Below, in pieces: positions 47,570 to 57,535 of a stretch of 64,000 bases of DNA. How positions within the stretch are numbered: position 1 is the first letter of the stretch; each line of letters begins with the position of its first letter. The position numbers and the translations under genes are program-made. Source of the DNA: an uncultured archaeon (GTDB taxonomy: Archaea > Nanobdellota > Nanobdellia > Woesearchaeales > UBA583); the NCBI GenBank assembly GCA_937138345.1, contig CAKZOW010000075.1:616-64615 (forward strand), read 5' to 3'. The notes below the pieces were generated by a model. The model was not told the DNA's origin. It saw only the letters and a program-made list of their open reading frames with translations, and made no database searches.

Positions 47570-47997
47570 TTCTCAAGTTTTGATATTCTTCTTTTATGTC
47601 TCTCTAATTGTGAAAATTCTGTTAATAAAAAAGCTTTGATAATTTGAGGATATAAATCATGATTAAATTCCCTTGCTCTAAGACATAATATATTTGCATC
47701 ATTATCATATCTTGCCATCATTGCTGAGTATTCATCAAAACATTGAGCTGCCCTAATACCTCTCACTTTATTTGCAGCAATTGCCATTCCAGTTCCAGAA
47801 CCACAGATTAAAATTCCAAAAGAATGAGGAGTTGTTAAAACTTCTCTTGCAACAGCCCTAGCATACAGTGGATAATCAACAGGAGCATCATCAAAAGGAC
47901 CAAGGTCTTGATATACACACTCAAGTCCCTCCAGGACGCCAAGGATTTTTTGTCTCACGTCTACTCCAGTGTGGTCTGATGCAATAAAGATATTCAT
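47566..47997 (-). CDS. rpiB: ribose-5-phosphate isomerase B
   Basis: MNIFIASDHTG... and ILICGSGTGMAIAANKVRGIRAA. Confidence 0.9.
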   Translation of the reverse strand: MNIFIASDHTGVDVRQKILGVLEGLECVYQDLGPFDDAPVDYPLYARAVAREVLTTPHSFGILICGSGTGMAIAANKVRGIRAAQCFDEYSAMMARYDNDANILCLRAREFNHDLYPQIIKAFLLTEFSQLERHKRRISKLEK

Positions 47998-48104
47998 AAC
48001 AAAATAAAAAAGAAAATAGTATATATACTTTTAGTATTGTACTTTGGTGATGAGGGAGAGAAATATAATTATAATAAATAAATTAAAAAAATAACTAAAA
48101 TACT

Positions 48105-49058
48105 TTACTCAACAATTAAATTAATTGCTTGAGCAAATTCTCCTTTTTTCTTATTCTCTAAAATATAAGATTTAAGAGATTCTTTGAAGTAAGGATGCTT
48201 TCCTCTCTGAATTTTACCAATAACATAATAACCAATTGCCATTACATGAGCATTTGTAAAATTCTCTGGCAGAGGAACTCTAAACGTATTTTCTTCATAT
48301 ACATGAACTGGTAATTCTCCCTCTCCAAATGCTAAACAATATTGTGGTGCAATCACTGTTTTAGCATGCATTGAAGTCTCAAATGTGTGTGTTTGCCAAG
48401 GAACTAAAGTTCCAAAAAGTTCTTCAAATTTAACATCAAATAAATTTCCAACATAACCTGCAGTATTTGGAACAAGCAAATAATATCCAAAATGTTCCTG
48501 AATATTTTTTGGAATTATTGGGTCAACTTCTTGTAAAATAAAATCATATAACTCTTTTACATCCCGAACATTCATAGAAACACCACTAAACATCCAACCT
48601 AAATATGTTGAAGTATTATAGGTATAAGGTTCTCTGTTTTTTTTAGTTGTAATAGTTTTCTCTTGTCCCACAATCCCTTCCACTTGTGACTCATATGTGC
48701 ACGTAACAGCATACGTATCCAAACCTAATTCCTGAAATTGTTTCGCTAAAATTGGCGCATGTTTTCCTCCTGATGCACTAAATACAATTGCTCCATCACA
48801 TTGTTTAGCTAGAGATTCTACATCTTCCCTTAAAGTATTCTCATCTACGTATTGAGCCCTCTCACCAAAAAGCATTTTTGCTGTAGTGAGTGCATTAACA
48901 CTTGCACCAATGAGAGGTTTATCAAAATTTGGAAACTCAATTTCACTTAAACCATATCTCATAAATTTCTCCAAAGCACCAAGTAAAACAACATCTAAAT
49001 CCGGAATAGAGTTTTCATCAAAATGTTCCATGATTTCTAAATTTGAATACTGAGACAT
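48105..49058 (-). CDS. SIS-like sugar-phosphate isomerase candidate
   Basis: The VFSASGGKHAPILAKQFQELGLDTYAVTC segment resembles a SIS nucleotide/sugar-phosphate fold. Lies inside the pentose-phosphate gene cluster. Function is inferred only. Confidence 0.35.
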   Translation of the reverse strand: MSQYSNLEIMEHFDENSIPDLDVVLLGALEKFMRYGLSEIEFPNFDKPLIGASVNALTTAKMLFGERAQYVDENTLREDVESLAKQCDGAIVFSASGGKHAPILAKQFQELGLDTYAVTCTYESQVEGIVGQEKTITTKKNREPYTYNTSTYLGWMFSGVSMNVRDVKELYDFILQEVDPIIPKNIQEHFGYYLLVPNTAGYVGNLFDVKFEELFGTLVPWQTHTFETSMHAKTVIAPQYCLAFGEGELPVHVYEENTFRVPLPENFTNAHVMAIGYYVIGKIQRGKHPYFKESLKSYILENKKKGEFAQAINLIVE

Positions 49059-49742
49059 TTACTTTTTACCTCCTAAATCTTTTGTATAAGAATTCCAATC
49101 TGATTGGAATTTCTCAAGCCCCATATCTGTTAAAGGGTTATAATAAAGCTTGTCAAATACTGATTTTGGAATTGTTGCAATATCACAACCAAGTTGAGCG
49201 CATTCATGAACATGATGTGGAGACCTCACTGATGCTGCTAAAATTTTTGTCTCAAAACCATAATGATCATACATTTTTTTAATCTCTCGAATTAACTCGA
49301 CACCATCATAACCCTCATCATCAACTCTTCCTAAAAATGGAGATACACACCATGCTCCTGATTTTGCTGCAAGTAATGCCTGATTTGCTGAAAAGCATAA
49401 GGTAACATTACATCTTATCCCTTCTCGTGATAATAAAGTTACTGCTTCAAGTCCCACTTTTGTAAGTGGCACCTTAACTAAAATATGTTTTGAAATTTTA
49501 GCATAAGCCCTACCTTCTTTAATAATTGAATCAACGCTAGAAGTATCAATAACTTCTGCAGATAAAGTAAAATCTTTTGGAGAATATTCCTTTAAAATTG
49601 AGTGAATTTCTCTTAAAGTTTCAATAAAGTCACGACCTGTCTTTGCAATAAGTGATGGGTTTGTAGTAACTCCATCTAAAATTCTACTCTGAGCAACTGT
49701 TTGAATTTCTTCAACCATCCCAGTATCTAAATATAATTTCAT
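49059..49742 (-). CDS. tal: transaldolase / fructose-6-phosphate aldolase (short TalC/Fsa type)
   Basis: MKLYLDTG..., DGVTTNPSLI, ILVKVPLT (Schiff-base Lys), NVTLCFS, VSPFLGRVDD. Confidence 0.9.
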   Translation of the reverse strand: MKLYLDTGMVEEIQTVAQSRILDGVTTNPSLIAKTGRDFIETLREIHSILKEYSPKDFTLSAEVIDTSSVDSIIKEGRAYAKISKHILVKVPLTKVGLEAVTLLSREGIRCNVTLCFSANQALLAAKSGAWCVSPFLGRVDDEGYDGVELIREIKKMYDHYGFETKILAASVRSPHHVHECAQLGCDIATIPKSVFDKLYYNPLTDMGLEKFQSDWNSYTKDLGGKK

Positions 49743-49806
49743 ACAATAATTGAAATTTTCTCTTTAAAAATAATTTCTCTAACCTTTGTGGTGAAGATTA
49801 GTAGAT

Positions 49807-50448
49807 TTATTTTAAATTAGATAGTGAATCAAAGTTTTTTTTAGGACTCTGAGAACTTGAAATAAAAGAACCAACACTTAAAACATCAATTCCTGCATCA
49901 AGACTTAGTTTCCCAGTTTCTAAATTAATTCCACCATCAATTTGAATAAGAATATCTTCTTTTAAAACTCTAATTTGCCTTACTTTATCTAGTACATGTT
50001 CCATAAAACTTTGACCCTCAGCTCCGGGAATAACTGACATTAACATAATATGATTTACCTGACCAATAAAAGGAAGAGCATTCTCCACTTGTGTCTCTGG
50101 ATTTAAAACTAGAGCAACTTCAATTCCTTTTTTCTCAAAAGAGTTTTTAACTTCAATAAAATCACCTATTTCAAAGAAGATCTCTCTATGAATAAATACC
50201 TTAAAAACTCCTAATCTAATACAATCATCCAAATAATCCAAAGGTTTCTCAACCATTAAATGTACTTCCACATCATGGTCTAAAAAATCTGAATCAGTAG
50301 AATTTTTAAGATTAATAGTTTTTGTTTTGACAAAATGTCCATCACAAATATCTAGATGGATTACTTTAGAAAAGTTAAGCAACTCCAATTTTTTTTTATA
50401 TATATCAATTGATGTTGCAAAAATAGTAGGAGAAATAAGTTGTTTCAT
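49807..50448 (-). CDS. rpe: ribulose-phosphate 3-epimerase
   Basis: Start moved to the ATG at 50448 (MKQLISPTIFA). HLDICDGHFV, HLMV, MSVIPGAEGQ, IDGGIN. Confidence 0.85.
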   Translation of the reverse strand: MKQLISPTIFATSIDIYKKKLELLNFSKVIHLDICDGHFVKTKTINLKNSTDSDFLDHDVEVHLMVEKPLDYLDDCIRLGVFKVFIHREIFFEIGDFIEVKNSFEKKGIEVALVLNPETQVENALPFIGQVNHIMLMSVIPGAEGQSFMEHVLDKVRQIRVLKEDILIQIDGGINLETGKLSLDAGIDVLSVGSFISSSQSPKKNFDSLSNLK

Positions 50449-50486
50449 GATAAAAAGAAAAAAATAAATTATATAAAAAAATAGCA

Positions 50487-50963
50487 CTACTTCTTAGAAA
50501 ATTTTAACCTGCAAATTTGTAGATCACGAACTCCTACAATATTTGCGTAAATTAACATTAAAAAACCTAATACCTTAAGTTCAATTCCATAATAAGGCAA
50601 AAATGAAATAACTGCGCCCAAACCTAAATAACTCGCAACAGTAAGAGAACATGCTGCACAGCCACCTACTAAGACACCAAAAAATGTTCCGATAAAAGAA
50701 GTTGCTGATTGTTTTTTATCAAATGAAGAAAACTTAATATACTTGTAAATAAAAAAAGTGAAATATAGTGCAAAAAGTAAAGAAATCATAATTTGCAAAC
50801 TATAATTTACATAAAAATAACTTAAACCCATATTTCCTTTAATTAACGCATCATCTGTCAATATCTCAAATAAAAAATAAAGAGAAGAAAATAAAATAAT
50901 AAATAAAATAGTATATCTATAATTTGAAAATACTAACCTGAAATTTTCCAAATATTGTTTCAT
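50487..50963 (-). CDS. four-TM membrane protein with intramembrane CxxC (GGCAACS)
   Basis: 158 aa with four hydrophobic helices. The CAAC motif is in helix 3. A DsbA-like gene lies upstream on the same strand. Confidence 0.5.
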   Translation of the reverse strand: MKQYLENFRLVFSNYRYTILFIILFSSLYFLFEILTDDALIKGNMGLSYFYVNYSLQIMISLLFALYFTFFIYKYIKFSSFDKKQSATSFIGTFFGVLVGGCAACSLTVASYLGLGAVISFLPYYGIELKVLGFLMLIYANIVGVRDLQICRLKFSKK

Positions 50964-51103
50964 AAAGAAATCATAATAATTTTCTTATATAAACTATTTG
51001 TTTAATTGTGAAAAAAAAGAATAAGTTAAGAACATAAAATATAGATAAATTCTATATTATTTATTGAAACTCAACAACATTAATTAAAAATTAATGAACT
51101 AAA

Positions 51104-51946
51104 TTAGTTTGCTAATTCAGCTTCAATAACTTGTTCAAAAGCACTAAATGGTTGTGCTCCAACTAAAAGTTGCCCATTAATAATAAATGATGGTGTTCCT
51201 GAAACTCCAAAAGATTGTCCTTCTGAGAAATCAGCTTGAACTTGAGCTGCAACTTCTGGGTCTGCGTAACATGAATCATAAGCTTCTTCTGAAACTCCTG
51301 TCTCCATTGCCCAAACTTTTAAATTAGCAACACTTAGTGATTGTTGGTTTTCAAATACTGTATCGTGGAATACAAAGAATGCATCATTTCCTGCTTCTCT
51401 AAATACACATTTACCTGCAATTCCTGCTGGTTCTGCTAATTGGTGAAATGACAGAGGGAAGTCTTTGAATACAATTTTCACATCTCCTGATTCAACATAT
51501 GTCTCTTTTAATTGTTGATAAGCATCTGAGTAGAATCTAGCACAGAATGGACATTCAAAATCTGAATATTCAACAATTGTAACTGGTGCATCTGCTGAAC
51601 CTAATGTAGGTCTGTTTTCAATATCTGGCTCTCCTACTTGAGGAGCTGAAGGTGCTACTTCTTGTCCACCAGCACTTGGTGCAGCTGCAGAACCATCTCC
51701 GTATCCTGGAGCATTTGTAGCAAAGAAGTTATCTAATCTGTCGATTTTTTCTTCAGCTTCTGAGGAAATACCTGAATTTCCTCCTCCAATCATTGTTAAT
51801 GTAACAAGTAATTGAATCACTCCTAAAATCAGAATTACAACTAATAATAATGTAGTAGTACTTGATTCTGAAGACTCTGTTTTAACAGCTTTAGAAGGTG
51901 CTGTTGTTTTTGAAACAGTTGTTTTCTTTTTTGTAGATTCTTTCAT
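51104..51946 (-). CDS. membrane-anchored DsbA-family thiol:disulfide oxidoreductase
   Basis: N-terminal TM anchor, then a thioredoxin fold with active site EYSDFECPFCARFY, and GTPSFIING near the C-terminus. Confidence 0.8.
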   Translation of the reverse strand: MKESTKKKTTVSKTTAPSKAVKTESSESSTTTLLLVVILILGVIQLLVTLTMIGGGNSGISSEAEEKIDRLDNFFATNAPGYGDGSAAAPSAGGQEVAPSAPQVGEPDIENRPTLGSADAPVTIVEYSDFECPFCARFYSDAYQQLKETYVESGDVKIVFKDFPLSFHQLAEPAGIAGKCVFREAGNDAFFVFHDTVFENQQSLSVANLKVWAMETGVSEEAYDSCYADPEVAAQVQADFSEGQSFGVSGTPSFIINGQLLVGAQPFSAFEQVIEAELAN

Positions 51947-52168
51947 ACAGAGATATCCAAAAAATTTAAGATTTATAAATTATTGCTTAAACTAACAATA
52001 GTAAAATTTCATTTTATTAAATTTTGAGTAAAACCTTATTTTAAGCTTATAAATGTAAGCTTATATGAGCATAATGGAGGATAAATATGAACACTTTAAA
52101 GAGTTCCTAAAAATTCATCATTATCAATTAAAAATAGTATTTATAAAAAAAAGAATCCACGTTAACTT

Positions 52169-53431
52169 ATGACATCATATAAAAAAAATCCATATGTAAT
52201 ATGTAAATCTTGTCAAAATGAACTTGACAAAGTAAAAGAAAGAGAGAATATTGAAAATAATAATTTTAATTTATTATCTAATCCTAGAAGAGTATTCCAA
52301 TTTAATTATCCTGTAAAAATGGATGATGGAAGAATTGAAGTAATTAGTGGTTTTAGAGTTCAATTTAATGATGCACTAGGACCAACAAAAGGAGGAATTA
52401 GGTTTCATGAAACAGTTGACCTCTCAGAAGTTACTCAACTTGCATTTTTAATGTCTCTAAAAACATCACTTGTTAGATTGCCTTATGGTGGTGCAAAAGG
52501 AGGAGTTAGAATTAATCCTAAAGAATTATCTGAAGGAGAGCTTGAAAGAGTAACTCGAGGATATATGAGAGAACTTCATAAGTATATTGGAGTAGATGTC
52601 GATATACCAGCACCTGATGTAAATACAAATCCAAAAGTAATGGGGTGGATGCTAGATGAATATGAAAAGCTCGTTGGATTCAAAGCTCCAGGTATTGTAA
52701 CTGGTAAGCCTCTTAAACTTGGAGGATCAAAAGGAAGAGATGTTGCAACGAGTTTAGGTGCATTCTACATTATTGAAGAAAAATACAAAGATGTAAAAGA
52801 TAAATCAGAAATTAAAGTTGCAATTCAAGGGTTTGGAAATGCTGGATCTCATTTAGCAAAAGAACTCCAAGATTTAGGATTCACAATAGTTGCAATTTCT
52901 GACTCTTCATCTGGACTCTACAGTAGAGAAGGGCTTGAAGTAGACCATTTTATTGGGTATAAACAATCAAGAAAACATTTCTCTGATTATGAAGAAAAAA
53001 ATGGAATTAAAAAAATTACAAATAAAGAACTACTTGAACTTGAATGTGATATTTTAATTCCTGCAGCCCTTGGTGGAGAAATTACATCTGAAAATGCAAA
53101 TAACATTAAAGCTAAAACAATTGTAGAAGTTGCAAATGGTCCAATTACCGTAGAAGCAGATCAAACTCTAGAAGATAAAGGAATTGAAGTAATTCCAGAT
53201 ATTCTAGCAAATGCAGGTGGAGTAATTGTATCTTATTTTGAATGGGTTCAAAATAGACAATATCTCTATTGGAGTGAAGATGAAGTCAAAGTAGAATTAA
53301 AAGACTATATTTTAAAAGCTTACAAAAAAGTTAAATACCATGTTGAAGATACAAATACAACACTTAGATCTGCGAGTTATTCAATTGCAATTAATAGAAT
53401 ATTAGAAGCTGAAACACTCCGAGGGAATTAA
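52169..53431 (+). CDS. gdhA: glutamate dehydrogenase
   Basis: GPTKGGIRFH, YGGAKGG, and the Rossmann motif IQGFGNAGS. Confidence 0.95.
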   Translation: MTSYKKNPYVICKSCQNELDKVKERENIENNNFNLLSNPRRVFQFNYPVKMDDGRIEVISGFRVQFNDALGPTKGGIRFHETVDLSEVTQLAFLMSLKTSLVRLPYGGAKGGVRINPKELSEGELERVTRGYMRELHKYIGVDVDIPAPDVNTNPKVMGWMLDEYEKLVGFKAPGIVTGKPLKLGGSKGRDVATSLGAFYIIEEKYKDVKDKSEIKVAIQGFGNAGSHLAKELQDLGFTIVAISDSSSGLYSREGLEVDHFIGYKQSRKHFSDYEEKNGIKKITNKELLELECDILIPAALGGEITSENANNIKAKTIVEVANGPITVEADQTLEDKGIEVIPDILANAGGVIVSYFEWVQNRQYLYWSEDEVKVELKDYILKAYKKVKYHVEDTNTTLRSASYSIAINRILEAETLRGN

Positions 53432-53434
53432 TTT

Positions 53435-53884
53435 CTAATTTCCTTCTCTTAAATATTCACCAACATGAAACTCATTTACAAGTCTCAAATTTCCATTCTC
53501 ACTTATGCATTGAACATAACCTAGAATTTCTCCTTGATAATCTACCAAGTATCTTTTTCCTTCTTCCAGTTTTACCCCATAATCTAAATGAGCAGGCAAA
53601 TCTTTTCCATAAAGAAATTTTAAAGAAACATCCCTTGATTTTAAAAATAAAGATCTTGAGACTAATCCTTTTAATTCTAATAAAAAATATTTAGAAGGTA
53701 ACAATTTCTCTAATTGAATATATAATAATTGATTGTCACTTACCTTTTTTCCAGAAAAACCTTTTTCAACTAAAAAAATATGATTAAATTTAACAAAGAG
53801 TTTTTTATTCTCTAAAAACAAATTTACTTCTTCTTCATCAACAGTAAAAGAAGAAATAAAAGTTCTAATAGTATCTAAATTCAT
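53435..53884 (-). CDS. NIP7-like pre-rRNA processing protein (PUA domain, UPF0113)
   Basis: C-terminal KFLYGKDL..., ILGYV and HVGEYLRE parallel eukaryotic NIP7 (SFLYGNHV..., PLGFG..., DIGEYVRHE). Confidence 0.6.
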   Translation of the reverse strand: MNLDTIRTFISSFTVDEEEVNLFLENKKLFVKFNHIFLVEKGFSGKKVSDNQLLYIQLEKLLPSKYFLLELKGLVSRSLFLKSRDVSLKFLYGKDLPAHLDYGVKLEEGKRYLVDYQGEILGYVQCISENGNLRLVNEFHVGEYLREGN

Positions 53885-53922
53885 AGTAAAAAAAGTAATG
53901 ATATATTTATAAGAGTACGGGA

Positions 53923-54300
53923 TTACTCTTTTGGTAATTGATACCTTCCAGTCTCAGAATTATAATTAGATTGTGGGGGTGCTCGATTATCACTAAAAAC
54001 ACCATAAAGAATAGTAGCAGCCAATCCAACTCCAACTACTCCTGCAACAACCCCCAAACCAATTTTTTTTCCTGAAGAAGATCTATTCACAGTAAGTGGT
54101 CTATATCCTTCAAAACTGTCTTGATTATCTCTAATCAAACCTTTAACCGATAAAGCTTCATCTGAACACTTTACTTTTTCCCATTCACCTTTTAACTCTT
54201 TTGAGAGTTTTGAAGCATCATTAACTAATTCATCTAAAGATCTATTTGAACACCTTTTACTATTGTACAAAGGACCCCTAAAACCTTCCGTATTATTCAT
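53923..54300 (-). CDS. hypothetical tail-anchored membrane protein
   Basis: 125-aa ORF with a Gly/Val-rich TM helix near the C-terminus. Confidence 0.4.
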   Translation of the reverse strand: MNNTEGFRGPLYNSKRCSNRSLDELVNDASKLSKELKGEWEKVKCSDEALSVKGLIRDNQDSFEGYRPLTVNRSSSGKKIGLGVVAGVVGVGLAATILYGVFSDNRAPPQSNYNSETGRYQLPKE

Positions 54301-54469
54301 AAATAAAATAAGTCAGGATATATTTTTAAATGTTACTCTTAAGTAACAAAAATAAATCTCTTTGAAATGAAGCTCTCAGACACCTCAATTAATAAAAAGT
54401 GCTAAAAACAAAAATTCACTTAAAAAAGTAGTAACAAAACCATTAAACCCCCTAACTTAAAAAATTACT

Positions 54470-56905
54470 ATGGATAGAAATCTAAGAACTCAAGATATTT
54501 TCATTGAAGAAGAAATGAAAGATGCATATCTAAGATATGCAATGAGTGTAATTGTAGGAAGGGCACTTCCTGATGTAAGAGATGGACTAAAACCAGTTCA
54601 CAGAAGAATTGTATATGCAATGCACAAAGAAGGTCTTCACCCAAATAAAAAATATTCTAAATCAGCCGGAGTTGTTGGAGAAGTATTAAAAAAATATCAC
54701 CCTCACGGAGATTCATCTGTATATGATGCAATGGTTCGTATGGCTCAAGAGTGGAACATGAGATATCTTTTAGTAGATGGTCAAGGAAACTTTGGATCAA
54801 TTGATGGTGATAACGCAGCTGCATATAGATATACTGAAGCAAAGATGATGAAAATTACTCAAGAATTTCTTCAAGATATTGACAAAGAAACAGTACCTAT
54901 GCAAAAAAACTTCGACGAAACTGTAGAAGAACCAACAGTACTCCCGACAAAAATTCCAACATTAATGGCAAATGGATCTCAGGGTATTGCTGTAGGTATG
55001 GCTACAAATATTCCACCTCACAATATTACAGAGTTACTAAATGCAGCAATTGATGTAATTGATAATCCTGAACAAACAGTAGAAGAACTTGTAAGAAAAA
55101 ATATTATTAAAGGGCCTGATTTTCCAACAGGCGCTACAATCTTATCCAATAAAGGAATTCAAGACTTCTACTTAACTGGTGAAGGATCAATTACTATGAA
55201 GGCAATTTGTTCAACTGAAGATATTGGAAAAGGAAAATCTGCAGTAATCGTAGAAGCCCTACCATACCAAGTAAACAAGTTAACACTTATTAACAACATG
55301 GTTGCCTTAGCAAAAGAAGGTAAAATAAAAGACATTACAGATATTCGTGATGAATCAAATAAAAAAGGAATTAGAATTGTTATTGAAATTAAAAAAGATG
55401 TTGATCCAAACATTGTACTCAATCAACTCTACAAATTTACAGCACTCAAAGGAAATTTCTCAGCTAAAATGCTAGCAATTGTAAATGGTGTTCCAACAAT
55501 TTTAAACCTACTGGAATATATGCACAACTTCATTGCATTTAGAAAAGATGTAGTAATTAAAAGGACAACATACGATTTAAGAAAAGCAGAAGAAAGACTC
55601 CATCTATTAGAAGGTCTCAAAATTGCACTCGATAATATTGATGATGTAATTGCTCTTATTAAAGGATCAAAATCAGGTTCTGAAGCAAAAGAAGGACTAA
55701 TGAATAAATATTCATTCTCAGAACTCCAAGCTCAAGCAATTTTAGATATGAGGTTACAAAAATTAACTGGACTTGAAATGGAGAAAATCAAAGAAGAATA
55801 TGATGAAATTCTAAAAGCAATTACAAGACTTAAATTTATTTTAGATAACGACTCCGAACAATATAAAATTATTAAAGATGAATGTCTAGAAATAAAAGAA
55901 AAATTTGGTGATGAGAGAAAAACAACATTAATATCAGATGATTCAAATATCTCTGTTGAAGATTTAATTCAAGATGAAGATTTAGTAATTATGATTACAC
56001 AAAATGACTATATTAAAAAAGTACCTCTTGAATCATACAAATCCCAAAAAAGAGGTGGTAAAGGAATCAACGCACACATCAAAGATGAAGATATTGTTAA
56101 AAATCTCTTTGTTGCAAATTCCAAAGACTCATTACTTATCTTCACAAATGATGGAAATATTAACTGGATGAAAGCATATGAAGTACCTGCAGTAACTGGA
56201 CAATCTAAAGGAAGACCTATTGTAAATTATATTGATCTTAAAGGAAAGAAAATCACCAATGTAATTAATGTTTCAAATTTAAATGAAGGATACCTAGTGT
56301 TCCTAACTAAAAAAGGAATTATTAAAAAAACAGATATGTCAAACTTTGCAAAACCAAGATCTGGTGGTATCAAGGCCATTAATTTAGATGAAGGAGATAC
56401 TGTACTTAGTGTGTTATATACAAAAACAGCAACAGAAGATATTATTATTGAATCAAATGTTGGATATTCAATTAGATTTAAACAAGATGACCTCTCAGTA
56501 CTTGGAAGAACTGCAAGAGGAGTTAAGTCTATGAATCTCAAAGATGGTGAAGAAGTAGTAGGAATTGAACTAGCTAGACCTGGAAAAACAATGCTTACAA
56601 TCTCAGAAGCTGGATTTGGAAAAAGAACACTACTCTCAGAATATCCTACAATTAAAAGAGGAGGAAGAGGAGTAATTGATATCAAAACTGACGCCAGAAA
56701 TGGTAAAGTTGTAACTATGAAAGCAGTAGGGGAAGAAGACGAAGTCCTCATTATGACATCACAAGGTAAAATCATCAGAACACCAGTAAGTGATGTAAGA
56801 ATTATTGGAAGAAACACAAAAGGGGTTAAAATCGTAAACTTAGCTGATGGGGACCATGTTGAGAGAATCGAGAGAATCGCAACAGATCATGAAGTAGAGG
56901 AATAA
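54470..56905 (+). CDS. gyrA: DNA gyrase subunit A
   Basis: YAMSVIVGRALPDVRDGLKPVHRR, HPHGDSSVYDAMVRMAQ, AAAYRYTEAKM (active-site Tyr), and C-terminal beta-pinwheel repeats. Confidence 0.95.
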   Translation: MDRNLRTQDIFIEEEMKDAYLRYAMSVIVGRALPDVRDGLKPVHRRIVYAMHKEGLHPNKKYSKSAGVVGEVLKKYHPHGDSSVYDAMVRMAQEWNMRYLLVDGQGNFGSIDGDNAAAYRYTEAKMMKITQEFLQDIDKETVPMQKNFDETVEEPTVLPTKIPTLMANGSQGIAVGMATNIPPHNITELLNAAIDVIDNPEQTVEELVRKNIIKGPDFPTGATILSNKGIQDFYLTGEGSITMKAICSTEDIGKGKSAVIVEALPYQVNKLTLINNMVALAKEGKIKDITDIRDESNKKGIRIVIEIKKDVDPNIVLNQLYKFTALKGNFSAKMLAIVNGVPTILNLLEYMHNFIAFRKDVVIKRTTYDLRKAEERLHLLEGLKIALDNIDDVIALIKGSKSGSEAKEGLMNKYSFSELQAQAILDMRLQKLTGLEMEKIKEEYDEILKAITRLKFILDNDSEQYKIIKDECLEIKEKFGDERKTTLISDDSNISVEDLIQDEDLVIMITQNDYIKKVPLESYKSQKRGGKGINAHIKDEDIVKNLFVANSKDSLLIFTNDGNINWMKAYEVPAVTGQSKGRPIVNYIDLKGKKITNVINVSNLNEGYLVFLTKKGIIKKTDMSNFAKPRSGGIKAINLDEGDTVLSVLYTKTATEDIIIESNVGYSIRFKQDDLSVLGRTARGVKSMNLKDGEEVVGIELARPGKTMLTISEAGFGKRTLLSEYPTIKRGGRGVIDIKTDARNGKVVTMKAVGEEDEVLIMTSQGKIIRTPVSDVRIIGRNTKGVKIVNLADGDHVERIERIATDHEVEE

Positions 56906-56983
56906 TCAACCTTGTTACTAATCTTTGATTATTTTACAAAGTAGAAGAGTAATTTACTCCTTTTTTCTTATTTATATTTAAAA

Positions 56984-57487
56984 TTAACAATATTTTTCAA
57001 AATATGTTTTTCTTGTAATAACAAATAAATTTTCCTTTAAATCCAGATAAAACATTTTTTTCTTAAAACCTAGATTCAGAAATAAAGGAATATGAGCAGT
57101 TACTTTTTTGTCAATATAGAGATTTAACTGATTAAAAGAACAATCAACAAAAAGATACCTCATAAAAAGTAAAGTTGCTTTTTTTGAAATCCCTTTTGAG
57201 AGAAATTCCCTAATAATAAAACAATTAATAGATGCATCTTTTTCTTCATCATCATAATTTTCTAAAGAAATCAAACCCGCACATTCTCCCTCATAAGATA
57301 TTGTTAAAAATAATTCTCCACTTGTTTGGAAATAAGGACCCATCCTAGCTTTGCTTTTTAAAAAAGAAATAATTTTGTGAAGGTCTCTATCTTTAAAATA
57401 TGTCTGCTTCAACTCTGATGCAATGGGTAAAATATCTTCTTGAGTTATTTGTCTTAAAATTAAATGATCATCTTTTAACTCAAACAT
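56984..57487 (-). CDS. GNAT family N-acetyltransferase (RimJ/RimL-like)
   Basis: 167 aa. Assigned from the overall GNAT-like pattern (LRQITQEDI..., GLISLENYD..., KGISKKATLLFMRYLF) without a search. Confidence 0.5.
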   Translation of the reverse strand: MFELKDDHLILRQITQEDILPIASELKQTYFKDRDLHKIISFLKSKARMGPYFQTSGELFLTISYEGECAGLISLENYDDEEKDASINCFIIREFLSKGISKKATLLFMRYLFVDCSFNQLNLYIDKKVTAHIPLFLNLGFKKKMFYLDLKENLFVITRKTYFEKYC

Positions 57488-57535
57488 AAATAAAGATGAT
57501 TTTTTTACTATATAAGTTTAATTGAATTTAGAATT

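Noticed and set aside
48046-48104. A C/D-box sRNA suggested by GGTGATGAGGG
   Set aside because: A C-box-like GUGAUGA is present, but no D box (CUGA), C'/D' boxes or terminal pairing occur within the expected 50-70 nt.
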